This document shows positions 49,560 to 64,000 of a stretch of DNA of 64,000 nt, one piece after another. The DNA comes from Eledone cirrhosa. Taxonomy: Eukaryota. The stretch's first letter is position 1, and each line of letters opens with the position of its first letter. Made by a program: the position numbers and the translations under genes. The stretch is taken from positions 23,560,001 through 23,624,000 of the forward strand of contig OZ024741.1 of the NCBI GenBank assembly GCA_964016885.1, given 5' to 3'. A model generated the notes under the pieces. That model worked only from the letters and a program-made list of their open reading frames with translations, had not been told where the DNA came from and made no database searches.

Positions 49560-52500
49560 GAACAATACCCACTGGATAGGACACCAGTCTATCACAGAGT
49601 TAACACCTAGCTGAAGAACAATTCCAACTGGATAGGACACCAGTCTATCACAGGGTTAACACTCAGCTGAAGAACAATTCCAACTGGATAGGACACCAGT
49701 CTATCACAGAGTTAACACTCAGCTGAAGAACAATTCCAATTGGATAGGACACCAGTCTATCACAGAGTTAACACTCAGCTGAAGAACAATTCCAACTGGA
49801 TAGGACACCAGTCTATCACAGAGTTAACACTCAGCTGAAGAACAATTCCAATTGGATAGGACACCAGTCTATCACAGAGTTAACACTCAGCTGAAGAACA
49901 ATTCCAACTGGATAGGACACCAGTCTATCACAGAGTTAACACTCAGCTAAAGAACAATTCCAATTGGATAGGACACCAGTCTATCACAGAGTTAACACTC
50001 AGCTGAAGAACAATTCCAACTGGATAGGACACCAGTCTATCACAGAGTTAACACTCAGCTGAAGAACAATTCCAATTGGATAGGACACCAGTCTATCACA
50101 GAGTTAACACTCAGCTGAAGAACAATTCCAACTGGATAGGACACCAGTCTATCACAAAGTTAACACTCAGCTGAAGAACAATTCCAATTGGATAGGACAC
50201 CAGTCTATCACAGGGTTAACACTCAGCTGAAGAACAATTCCAACTGGATAGGACACCAGTCTATCACAGGGTTAACACTCAGCTGAAGAACAATTCCAAC
50301 TGGATAGGACACCAGTCTATCACAGGGTTAACACCTAGCTGAAGAACAATTCCAACTGGATAGGACACCAGTCTATCACAGGGTTAACACTCAGCTGAAG
50401 AACAATTCCAACTGGATAGGACACCAGTCTATCACAGGGTTAACACTCAGCTGAAGAACAATTCCAACTGGATAGGACACCAGTCTATCACAGGGTTAAC
50501 ACACAGCTGAAGAACAATTCCAACTGGATAGGACACCAGTCTATCACAGGGTTAACACTCAGCTGAAGAACAATTCCAAATGGATAGGACACCAGTCTAT
50601 CACAGGGTTAACACTCAGCTGAAGAACAATTCCAACTGGATAGGACACCAGTCTATCACAGGGTTAACACTCAGCTGAAGAACAATTCCAACTGGATAGG
50701 ACACCAGTCTATCACAGGGTTAACACCTAGCTGAAGAATAATTCCAACTGGATAGGACACCAGTCTATCACAGGGTTAACACCTAGCTGAAGAACAATTC
50801 CAACTGGATAGGACACCAGTCTATCACAGGGTTGACACCAGTCTATCACAGGGTTAACACTCAGCTGAAGAAAAATTCCAACTGGATAGGACACCAGTCT
50901 ATCACAGGGTTAACACCTAGCTGGAGAACAATTCCAACTGGATAGGACACCAGTCTATCACAGGGTTAACACCTAGCTGAAGAACAATTCCAACTGGATA
51001 GGACACCAGTCTATCACAGGGTTAACACCTAGCTGAAGAACAATCCCAAATGGATAGGACACCAGTCTATCACAGGGTTAACACACAGCGGAAGAACAAT
51101 CCCAACTGGATAGGACACCAGTCTATCACAGGGTTATCACTCAGCTGAAGAACAATTCCAACTGGATAGGACACCAGTCTATCAGAGGGTTAACACTCAG
51201 CTGAAGAACAATTCCAACTGGATAGGACACCAGTCTATCACAGGGTTAACACCTAGCTGAAGAACAATCCCAAATGGATAGGACACCAGTCTATCACAGG
51301 GTTAACACTGAGCTGAAGAACAATCCCAAATGGATAGGACACCAGTCTATCAGAGGGTTAACACTCAGCTGAAGAACAATTCCAACTGGATAGGACACCA
51401 GTCTATCACAGGGTTAACACTCAGCTGAAGAACAATTCCAACTGGATAGGACACCAGTCTATCACAGGGTTAACACACAGCTGAAGAACAATTCCAACTG
51501 GATAGGACACCAGTCTATCACAGGGTTAACACACAGCTGAAGAACAATTCCAACTGGATAGGACACCAGTCTATCACAGGGTTAACACTCAGCTGAAGAA
51601 CAATTCCAACTGGATAGGACACCAGTCTATCACAGGGTTAACACTCAGCTAAAGAACAATCCCAACTGGATAGGACACCAGTCTATAACAGGGTTAACAC
51701 TCAGCTGAAGAACAATTCCAACTGGATAGGACACCAGTCTATCACAGGGTTAACACTCAGCTGAAGAACAATTCCAAATGGATAGGACACCAGTCTATCA
51801 CAGGGTTAACACACAGCTGAAGAACAATTCCAACTGGATAGGACACCAGTCTATCACAGGGTTAACACACAGCTGAAGAACAATTCCAACTGGATAGGAC
51901 ACCAGTCTATCACAGGGTTAACACTCAGCTGAAGAACAATTCCAACTGGATAGGACACCAGTCTATCACAGGGTTAACACTCAGCTGAAGAACAATTCCA
52001 ACTGGATAGGACACCAGTTTATCACAGGGTTATCACTCAGCTGAAGAACAATTCCAACTGGATAGGACACCAGTCTATGACAGGGTTAACACACAGCTGA
52101 AGAACAATTCCAACTGGATAGGACACCAGTTTATCACAGGGTTATCACTCAGCTGAAGAACAATTCCAACTGGATAGGACACCAGTCTATCACAGGGTTA
52201 ACACACAGCTGAAGAACAATTCCAACTGGATAGGACACCAGTCTATCACAGGGTTAACACACAGCTGAAGAACAATTCCAACTGGATAGGACACCAGTCT
52301 ATCAGAGGGTTAACACTCAGCTGAAGAACAATTCCAACTGGATAGGACACCAGTCTATCACAGGGTTAACACTCAGCTGAAGAACAATTCCAACTGGATA
52401 GGACACCAGTCTATCACAGGGTTAACACTCAGCAGAAGAACCATTCCAACTGGTTAGGACACCAGTCTATCAGAGGGTTAACACTCAGCTGAAGAACAAT

Positions 52501-55500
52501 TCCAACTGGATAGGACACCAGTCTATCAGAGGGTTAACACCTAGCTGAAGAACAATTCCAACTGGATAGGACACCAGTCTATCACAGGGTTAACACTCAG
52601 CTGAAGAACAATTCCAACTGAATAGGACACCAGTCTATCACAGGGTTAACACACAGCTGAAGAACAATTCCAACTGGATAGGACACCAGTCTATCACAGG
52701 GTTAACACTCAGCTGAAGAACAATTCCAACTGGATAGGACACCAGTCTATCACAGGGTTAACACTCAGCTAAAGAACAATCCCAACTGGATAGGACACCA
52801 GTCTATCACAGGGTTAACACTCAGCTGAAGAACAATTCCAACTGGATAGGACACCAGTCTATCACAGGGTTAACACACAGCTGAAGAACAATTCCAACTG
52901 GATAGGACACCAGTCTATCACAGGGTTAACACTCAGCTAAAGAACAATCCCAACTGGATAGGACACCAGTCTATCACAGGGTTAACACTCAGCTGAAGAA
53001 CAATTCCAAATGGATAGGACACCAGTCTATCACAGGGTTAACACTCAGCTGAAGAACAATTCCAACTGGATAGGACACCAGTCTATCACAGGGTTAACAC
53101 TCAGCTAAAGAACAATCCCAACTGGATAGGACACCAGTCTATCACAGGGTTAACACTCAGCTGAAGAACAATTCCAACTGGATAGGACACCAGTCTATCA
53201 CAGGGTTAACACTCAGCTGAAGAACAATTCCAACTGGATAGGACACCAGTCTATCACAGGGTTAACACACAGCTGAAGAACAATTCCAACTGGATAGGAC
53301 ACCAGTCTATCACAGGGTTAACACTCAGCTGAAGAACAATTCCAACTGGATAGGACACCAGTCTATCACAGGGTTAACACTCAGCTGAAGAACAATTCCA
53401 ACTGGATAGGACACCAGTCTATCACAGGGTTAACACACAGCTGAAGAACAATTCCAACTGGATAGGACACCAGTCTATCACAGGGTTAACACTCAGCTGA
53501 AGAACAATTCCAAATGGATAGGACACCAGTCTATCACAGGGTTAACACTCAGCTGAAGAACAATTCCAACTGGATAGGACACCAGTCTATCACAGGGTTA
53601 ACACTCAGCTGAAGAACAATTCCAACTGGATAGGACACCAGTCTATCACAGGGTTAACACCTAGCTGAAGAATAATTCCAACTGGATAGGACACCAGTCT
53701 ATCACAGGGTTAACACCTAGCTGAAGAACAATTCCAACTGGATAGGACACCAGTCTATCACAGGGTTGACACCAGTCTATCACAGGGTTAACACTCAGCT
53801 GAAGAAAAATTCCAACTGGATAGGACACCAGTCTATCACAGGGTTAACACCTAGCTGAAGAACAATTCCAACTGGATAGGACACCAGTCTATCACAGGGT
53901 TAACACCTAGCTGAAGAACAATTCCAACTGGATAGGACACCAGTCTATCACAGGGTTAACACCTAGCTGAAGAACAATCCCAAATGGATAGGACACCAGT
54001 CTATCACAGGGTTAACACACAGCGGAAGAACAATCCCAACTGGATAGGACACCAGTCTATCACAGGGTTATCACTCAGCTGAAGAACAATTCCAACTGGA
54101 TAGGACACCAGTCTATCAGAGGGTTAACACTCAGCTGAAGAACAATTCCAACTGGATAGGACACCAGTCTATCACAGGGTTAACACCTAGCTGAAGAACA
54201 ATCCCAAATGGATAGGACACCAGTCTATCACAGGGTTAACACTGAGCTGAAGAACAATCCCAAATGGATAGGACACCAGTCTATCAGAGGGTTAACACTC
54301 AGCTGAAGAACAATTCCAACTGGATAGGACACCAGTCTATCACAGGGTTAACACTCAGCTGAAGAACAATTCCAACTGGATAGGACACCAGTCTATCACA
54401 GGGTTAACACACAGCTGAAGAACAATTCCAACTGGATAGGACACCAGTCTATCACAGGGTTAACACACAGCTGAAGAACAATTCCAACTGGATAGGACAC
54501 CAGTCTATCACAGGGTTAACACTCAGCTGAAGAACAATTCCAACTGGATAGGACACCAGTCTATCACAGGGTTAACACTCAGCTAAAGAACAATCCCAAC
54601 TGGATAGGACACCAGTCTATAACAGGGTTAACACTCAGCTGAAGAACAATTCCAACTGGATAGGACACCAGTCTATCACAGGGTTAACACTCAGCTGAAG
54701 AACAATTCCAAATGGATAGGACACCAGTCTATCACAGGGTTAACACACAGCTGAAGAACAATTCCAACTGGATAGGACACCAGTCTATCACAGGGTTAAC
54801 ACACAGCTGAAGAACAATTCCAACTGGATAGGACACCAGTCTATCACAGGGTTAACACTCAGCTGAAGAACAATTCCAACTGGATAGGACACCAGTCTAT
54901 CACAGGGTTAACACTCAGCTGAAGAACAATTCCAACTGGATAGGACACCAGTTTATCACAGGGTTATCACTCAGCTGAAGAACAATTCCAACTGGATAGG
55001 ACACCAGTCTATGACAGGGTTAACACACAGCTGAAGAACAATTCCAACTGGATAGGACACCAGTTTATCACAGGGTTATCACTCAGCTGAAGAACAATTC
55101 CAACTGGATAGGACACCAGTCTATCACAGGGTTAACACACAGCTGAAGAACAATTCCAACTGGATAGGACACCAGTCTATCACAGGGTTAACACACAGCT
55201 GAAGAACAATTCCAACTGGATAGGACACCAGTCTATCAGAGGGTTAACACTCAGCTGAAGAACAATTCCAACTGGATAGGACACCAGTCTATCACAGGGT
55301 TAACACTCAGCTGAAGAACAATTCCAACTGGATAGGACACCAGTCTATCACAGGGTTAACACTCAGCAGAAGAACCATTCCAACTGGTTAGGACACCAGT
55401 CTATCAGAGGGTTAACACTCAGCTGAAGAACAATTCCAACTGGATAGGACACCAGTCTATCAGAGGGTTAACACCTAGCTGAAGAACAATTCCAACTGGA

Positions 55501-58500
55501 TAGGACACCAGTCTATCACAGGGTTAACACTCAGCTGAAGAACAATTCCAACTGAATAGGACACCAGTCTATCACAGGGTTAACACACACCTGAAGAACA
55601 ATTCCAACTGGATAGGACACCAGTCTATCACAGGGTTAACACTCAGCTGAAGAACAATTCCAACTGGATAGGACACCAGTCTATCACAGGGTTAACACTC
55701 AGCTAAAGAACAATCCCAACTGGATAGGACACCAGTCTATCACAGGGTTAACACTCAGCTGAAGAACAATTCCAACTGGATAGGACACCAGTCTATCACA
55801 GGGTTAACACACAGCTGAAGAACAATTCCAACTGGATAGGACACCAGTCTATCACAGGGTTAACACTCAGCTAAAGAACAATCCCAACTGGATAGGACAC
55901 CAGTCTATCACAGGGTTAACACTCAGCTGAAGAACAATTCCAACTGGATAGGACACCAGTCTATCACAGGGTTAACACTCAGCTGAAGAACAATTCCAAC
56001 TGGATAGGACACCAGTCTATCACAGGGTTAACACTCAGCTAAAGAACAATCCCAACTGGATAGGACACCAGTCTATCACAGGGTTAACACTCAGCTGAAG
56101 AACAATTCCAACTGGATAGGACACCAGTCTATCACAGGGTTAACACTCAGCTGAAGAACAATTCCAACTGGATAGGACACCAGTCTATCACAGGGTTAAC
56201 ACACAGCTGAAGAACAATTCCAACTGGATAGGACACCAGTCTATCACAGGGTTAACACACAGCTGAAGAACAATTCCAACTGGATAGGACACCAGTCTAT
56301 CACAGGGTTAACACTCAGCTGAAGAACAATTCCAACTGGATAGGACACCAGTCTATCACAGGGTTAACACTCAGCTGAAGAACAATTCCAACTGGATAGG
56401 ACACCAGTTTATCACAGGGTTATCACTCAGCTGAAGAACAATTCCAACTGGATAGGACACCAGTCTATCACAGGGTTAACACACAGCTGAAGAACAATTC
56501 CAACTGGATAGGACACCAGTCTATCACAGGGTTAACACACAGCTGAAGAACAATTCCAACTGGATAGGACACCAGTCTATCAGAGGGTTAACACTCAGCT
56601 GAAGAACAATTCCAACTGGATAGGACACCAGTCTATCACAGGGTTATCACTCAGCTGAAGAACAATTCCAACTGGATAGGACACCAGTCTATCACAGGGT
56701 TAACACACAGCTGAAGAACAACTCCAACTGGATAGGACACCAGTGTATCACAGGGTTAACACACAGCTGAAGAACAATTCCAACTGGATAGGACACCAGT
56801 CTATCACAGGGTTAACACTCAGCTGAAGAACAATTCCAACTGGATAGGACACCAGTCTATCACAGGGTTAACACTCAGCAGAAGAACCATTCCAACTGGA
56901 TAGGACACCAGTCTATCAGAGGGTTAACACTCAGCTGAAGAACAATTCCAACTGGATAGGACACCAGTCTATCACAGGGTTAACACTCAGCTGAAGAAAA
57001 ATTCCAACTGGATAGGACACCAGTCTATCACAGGGTTAACACCTAGCTGAAGAACAATTCCAACTGGATAGGACACCAGTCTATCACAGGGTTAACACCT
57101 AGCTGAAGAACAATTCCAACTGGATAGGACACTAGTCTATCACAGGGTTAACACACAGCTGAAGACTGATACCCACTGGATAGGACACCAGTCTATCACA
57201 GGGTTAACACCTAGCTGAAGAACAATCCCAAATGGATAGGACACCAGTCTATCACAGGGTTAACACACGGCTGAAGAACAATCCCAACTGGATAGGACAC
57301 CAGTCTATCACAGGGTTATCACTCAGCTGAAGAACAATTCCAACTGGATAGGACACCAGTCTATCAGAGGGTTAACACTCAGCTGAAGAACAATTCCAAC
57401 TGGATAGGACACCAGTCTATCACAGGGTTAACACCTAGCTGAAGAACAATCCCAAATGGATAGGACACCAGTCTATCAGAGGGTTAACACTCAGCTGAAG
57501 AACAATCCCAAATGGATAGGACACCAGTCTATCAGAGGGTTAACACTCAGCTGAAGAACAATTCCAACTGGATAGGACACCAGTCTATCACAGGGTTAAC
57601 ACTCAGCTGAAGAACAATTCCAACTGGATAGGACACCAGTCTATCACAGGGTTAACACTCAGCTGAAGAACAATTCCAACTGGATAGGACACCAGTCTAT
57701 CACAGGGTTAACACTCAGCTGAAGAACAATTCCAACTGGATAGGACACCAGTCTATCACAGGGTTAACACACAGCTGAAGAATAATTCCAACTGGATAGG
57801 ACACCAGTCTATCACAGGGTTAACACACAGCTGAAGAACAATTCCAACTGGATAGGACACCAGTCTATCACAGGGTTAACACTCAGCTGAAGAACAATTC
57901 CAACTGGATAGGACACCAGTCTATCACAGGGTTAACACTCAGCTAAAGAACAATCCCAACTGGATAGGACACCAGTCTATCACAGGGTTAACACTGAGCT
58001 GAAGAACAATCCCAAATGGATAGGACACCAGTCTATCAGAGGGTTAACACTCAGCTGAAGAACAATTCCAACTGGATAGGACACCAGTCTATCACAGGGT
58101 TAACACTCAGCTGAAGAACAATTCCAACTGGATAGGACACCAGTCTATCACAGGGTTAACACTCAGCTGAAGAACAATTCCAACTGGATAGGACACCAGT
58201 CTATCACAGGGTTAACACACAGCTGAATAACAATTCCAACTGGATAGGACACCAGTCTATCACAGGGTTAACACACAGCTGAAGAACAATTCCAACTGGA
58301 TAGGACACCAGTCTATCACAGGGTTAACACTCAGCTGAAGAACAATTCCAACTGGATAGGACACCAGTCTATCACAGGGTTAACACTCAGCTAAAGAACA
58401 ATCCCAACTGGATAGGACACCAGTCTATCACAGGGTTAACACTCAGCTGAAGAACAATTCCAACTGGATAGGACACCAGTCTATCACAGGGTTAACACTC

Positions 58501-61500
58501 AGCTGAAGAACAATTCCAACTGGATAGGACACCAGTCTATCACAGGGTTAACACACAGCTGAAGAACAATTCCAACTGGATAGGACACCAGTCTATCACA
58601 GGGTTCACACACAGCTGAAGAACAATTCCAACTGGATAGGACACCAGTCTATCACAGGGTAACACTCAGCTGAAGAACAATTCCAACTGGATAGGACACC
58701 AGTCTATCACAGGGTTAACACTCAGCTGAAGAACAATCCCAACTGGATAGGACACCAGACTATCACAGGGTTATCACTCAGCTGAAGAACAATTCCAACT
58801 GGATAGGACACCAGTCTATCAGAGGGTTAACACTCAGCTGAAGAACAATTCCAACTGGATAGGACACCAGTCTATCACAGGGTTAACACCTAGCTGAAGA
58901 ACAATCCCAAATGGATAGGACACCAGTCTATCACAGGGTTAACACTCAGCTGAAGAACAATCCCAAATGGATAGGACACCAGTCTATCAGAGGGTTAACA
59001 CTCAGCTGAAAAACAATTCCAACTGGATAGGACACCAGTCTATCACAGGGTTAACACTCAGCTGAAGAACAATTCCAACTAGATAGGACACCAGTCTATC
59101 ACAGGGTTAACACTCAGCTGAAGAACAATTCCAACTGGATAGGACACCAGTCTATCACAGGGTTAACACACAGCTGAAGAACAATTCCAACTGGATAGGA
59201 CACCAGTCTATCACAGGGTTAACACTCAGCTAAAGAACAATCCCAACTGGATAGGACACCAGTCTATCACAGGGTTAACACTCAGCTGAAGAACAATTCC
59301 AACTGGATAGGACACCAGTCTATCACAGGGTTAACACTCAGCTGAAGAACAATTCCAACTGGATAGGACACCAGTCTATCACAGGGTTAACACTCAGCTA
59401 AAGAACAATCCCAACTGGATAGGACACCAGTCTATCACAGGGTTAACACTCAGCTGAAGAACAATTCCAACTGGATAGGACACCAGTCTATCACAGGGTT
59501 AACACTCAGCTGAAGAACAATTCCAACTGGATAGGACACCAGTCTATCACAGGGTTAACACACAGCTGAAGAACAATTCCAACTGGATAGGACACCAGTC
59601 TATCACAGGGTTAACACACAGCTGAAGAACAATTCCAACTGGATAGGACACCAGTCTATCGCAGGGTTATCACTCAGCTGAAGAACAATTCCAACTGGAT
59701 AGGACACCAGTCTATCAGAGGGTTAACACTCAGCTGAAGAACAATTCCAACTGGATAGGACACCAGTCTATCACAGGGTTAACACCTAGCTGAAGAACAA
59801 TCCCAAATGGATAGGACACCAGTCTATCACAGGGTTAACACTCAGCTGAAGAACAATCCCAAATGGATAGGACACCAGTCTATCAGAGGGTTAACACTCA
59901 GCTGAAGAACAATTCCAACTGGATAGGACACCAGTCTATCACAGGGTTAACACTCAGCTGAAGAACAATTCCAACTGGATAGGACACCAGTCTATCACAG
60001 GGTTAACACTCAGCTGAAGAACAATTCCAACTGGATAGGACACCAGTCTATCACAGGGTTAACACTCAGCTGAAGAACAATTCCAACTGGATAGGACACC
60101 AGTCTATCACAGGGTTAACACACAGCTGAAGAATAATTCCAACTGGATAGGACACCAGTCTATCACAGGGTTAACACACAGCTGAAGAACAATTCCAACT
60201 GGATAGGACACCAGTCTATCACAGGGTTAACACTCAGCTGAAGAACAATTCCAACTGGATAGGACACCAGTCTATCACAGGGTTAACACTCAGCTGAAGA
60301 ACAATTCCAACTGGATAGGACACCAGTCTATCACAGGGTTAACACACAGCTGAAGAACAATTCCAACTGGATAGGACACCAGTCTATCACAGGGTTAACA
60401 CACAGCTGAAGAACAATTCCAACTGGATAGGACACCAGTCTATCGCAGGGTTATCACTCAGCTGAAGAACAATTCCAACTGGATAGGACACCAGTCTATC
60501 AGAGGGTTAACACTCAGCTGAAGAACAATTCCAACTGGATAGGACACCAGTCTATCACAGGGTTAACACCTAGCTGAAGAACAATCCCAAATGGATAGGA
60601 CACCAGTCTATCACAGGGTTAACACTCAGCTGAAGAACAATCCCAAATGGATAGGACACCAGTCTATCAGAGGGTTAACACTCAGCTGAAGAACAATTCC
60701 AACTGGATAGGACACCAGTCTATCACAGGGTTAACACTCAGCTGAAGAACAATTCCAACTGGATAGGACACCAGTCTATCACAGGGTTAACACTCAGCTG
60801 AAGAACAATTCCAACTGGATAGGACACCAGTCTATCACAGGGTTAACACTCAGCTGAAGAACAATTCCAACTGGATAGGACACCAGTCTATCACAGGGTT
60901 AACACACAGCTGAAGAATAATTCCAACTGGATAGGACACCAGTCTATCACAGGGTTAACACACAGCTGAAGAACAATTCCAACTGGATAGGACACCAGTC
61001 TATCACAGGGTTAACACTCAGCTGAAGAACAATTCCAACTGGATAGGACACCAGTCTATCACAGGGTTAACACTCAGCTAAAGAACAATCCCAACTGGAT
61101 AGGACACCAGTCTATCACAGGGTTAACACTGAGCTGAAGAACAATCCCAAATGGATAGGACACCAGTCTATCAGAGGGTTAACACTCAGCTGAAGAACAA
61201 TTCCAACTGGATAGGACACCAGTCTATCACAGGGTTAACACTCAGCTGAAGAACAATTCCAACTGGATAGGACACCAGTCTATCACAGGGTTAACACTCA
61301 GCTGAAGAACAATTCCAACTGGATAGGACACCAGTCTATCACAGGGTTAACACACAGCTGAATAACAATTCCAACTGGATAGGACACCAGTCTATCACAG
61401 GGTTAACACACAGCTGAAGAACAATTCCAACTGGATAGGACACCAGTCTATCACAGGGTTAACACTCAGCTGAAGAACAATTCCAACTGGATAGGACACC

Positions 61501-64000
61501 AGTCTATCACAGGGTTAACACTCAGCTAAAGAACAATCCCAACTGGATAGGACACCAGTCTATCACAGGGTTAACACTCAGCTGAAGAACAATTCCAACT
61601 GGATAGGACACCAGTCTATCACAGGGTTAACACTCAGCTGAAGAACAATTCCAACTGGATAGGACACCAGTCTATCACAGGATTAACACACAGCTGAAGA
61701 ACAATTCCAACTGGATAGGACACCAGTCTATCACAGGGTTCACACACAGCTGAAGAACAATTCCAACTGGATAGGACACCAGTCTATCACAGGGTAACAC
61801 TCAGCTGAAGAACAATTCCAACTGGATAGGACACCAGTCTATCACAGGGTTAACACTCAGCTGAAGAACAATCCCAACTGGATAGGACACCAGACTATCA
61901 CAGGGTTATCACTCAGCTGAAGAACAATTCCAACTGGATAGGACACCAGTCTATCAGAGGGTTAACACTCAGCTGAAGAACAATTCCAACTGGATAGGAC
62001 ACCAGTCTATCACAGGGTTAACACCTAGCTGAAGAACAATCCCAAATGGATAGGACACCAGTATATCACAGGGTTAACACTCAGCTGAAGAACAATCCCA
62101 AATGGATAGGACACCAGTCTATCAGAGGGTTAACACTCAGCTGAAAAACAATTCCAACTGGATAGGACACCAGTCTATCACAGGGTCAACACTCAGCTGA
62201 AGAACAATTCCAACTAGATAGGACACCAGTCTATCACAGGGTTAACACTCAGCTGAAGAACAATTCCAACTGGATAGGACACCAGTCTATCACAGGGTTA
62301 ACACACAGCTGAAGAACAATTCCAACTGGATAGGACACCAGTCTATCACAGGGTTAACACTCAGCTAAAGAACAATCCCAACTGGATAGGACACCAGTCT
62401 ATCACAGGGTTAACACTCAGCTGAAGAACAATTCCAACTGGATAGGACACCAGTCTATCACAGGGTTAACACTCAGCTGAAGAACAATTCCAACTGGATA
62501 GGACACCAGTCTATCACAGGGTTAACACTCAGCTAAAGAACAATCCCAACTGGATAGGACACCAGTCTATCACAGGGTTAACACTCAGCTGAAGAACAAT
62601 TCCAACTGGATAGGACACCAGTCTATCACAGGGTTAACACTCAGCTGAAGAACAATTCCAACTGGATAGGACACCAGTCTATCACAGGGTTAACACACAG
62701 CTGAAGAACAATTCCAACTGGATAGGACACCAGTCTATCACAGGGTTAACACACAGCTGAAGAACAATTCCAACTGGATAGGACACCAGTCTATCACAGG
62801 GTTAACACTCAGCTGAAGAACAATTCCAACTGGATAGGACACCAGTCTATCACAGGGTTAACACTCAGCTGAAGAACAATTCCAACTGGATAGGACACCA
62901 GTTTATCACAGGGTTATCACTCAGCTGAAGAACAATTCCAACTGGATAGGACACCAGTCTATCACAGGGTTAACACTCAGCTGAAGAACAATTCCAACTG
63001 GATAGGACACCAGTCTATCACAGGGTTATCACTCAGCTGAAGAACAATTCCAACTGGATAGGACACCAGTCTATCACAGGGTTAACACACAGCTGAAGAA
63101 CAACTCCAACTGGATAGGACACCAGTGTATCACAGGGTTAACACACAGCTGAAGAACAATTCCAACTGGATAGGACACCAGTCTATCACAGGGTTAACAC
63201 TCAGCTGAAGAACAATTCCAACTGGATAGGACACCAGTCTATCACAGGGTTAACACTCAGCAGAAGAACCATTCCAACTGGATAGGACACCAGTCTATCA
63301 GAGGGTTAACACTCAGCTGAAGAACAATTCCAACTGGATAGGACACCAGTCTATCACAGGGTTAACACTCAGCTGAAGAAAAATTCCAACTGGATAGGAC
63401 ACCAGTCTATCACAGGGTTAACACCTAGCTGAAGAACAATTCCAACTGGATAGAACACCAGTCTATCAGAGGGTTAACACTCAGCTGAAGAACAATTCCA
63501 ACTGGATAGGACACCAGTCTATCACAGGGTTAACACCTAGCTGAAGAACAATCCCAAATGGATAGGACACCAGTCTATCACAGGGTTAACACTCAGCTGA
63601 AGAACAATCCCAAATGGATAGGACACCAGTCTATCAGAGGGTTAACACTCAGCTGAAGAACAATTCCAACTGGATAGGACACCAGTCTATCACAGGGTTA
63701 ACACTCAGCTGAAGAACAATTCCAACTGGATAGGACACCAGTCTATCACAGGGTTAACACTCAGCTGAAGAACAATTCCAACTGGATAGGACACCAGTCT
63801 ATCACAGGGTTAACACTCAGCTGAAGAACAATTCCAACTGGATAGGACACCAGTCTATCACAGGGTTAACACACAGCTGAAGAATAATTCCAACTGGATA
63901 GGACACCAGTCTATCACAGGGTTAACACACAGCTGAAGAACAATTCCAACTGGATAGGACACCAGTCTATCACAGGGTTAACACTCAGCTGAAGAACAAT
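49560..64000. repeat. Satellite 3, 56-bp unit CCAACTGGATAGGACACCAGTCTATCACAGGGTTAACACTCAGCTGAAGAACAATT, about 258 copies, runs off the window
   Basis: Directly visible, highly homogeneous, no spacers. Confidence 0.99.

Noticed and set aside
49560-64000. CRISPR array
   Set aside because: No unique spacers, no cas genes, eukaryotic context.

Overview
Repeat-rich animal genomic DNA, most likely an octopod cephalopod (inferred from the SINE and RTE families; not database-checked). The main feature is missing from the ORF track: six minus-strand GT-AG exons (48264-48006, 34037-33958, 4295-4015, 2311-2242, 1612-1548, 742-673) that splice in matching phases into one open frame resembling the centriole/basal-body protein CCDC61 (VFL3). 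Its N-terminal exons should lie beyond 64000. Three consecutive introns each hold a different satellite: a 19-bp TACA-based array (~13 kb), a 42-bp array (~10 kb, with a 2-kb internal inversion), and a 56-bp array (>14 kb, with exact higher-order repeats). An ORF-intact CsRn1-type Ty3/gypsy element and an unrelated solo LTR sit inside the 19-bp array. The window also has several RTE LINEs whose ORF carries a PHD finger just after the RT core, a Penelope GIY-YIG fragment, a CR1-like fragment and tRNA-SINEs. The long repetitive ORFs in the track are satellite read-throughs, not genes. All homology calls are by eye and from memory; no searches were run.
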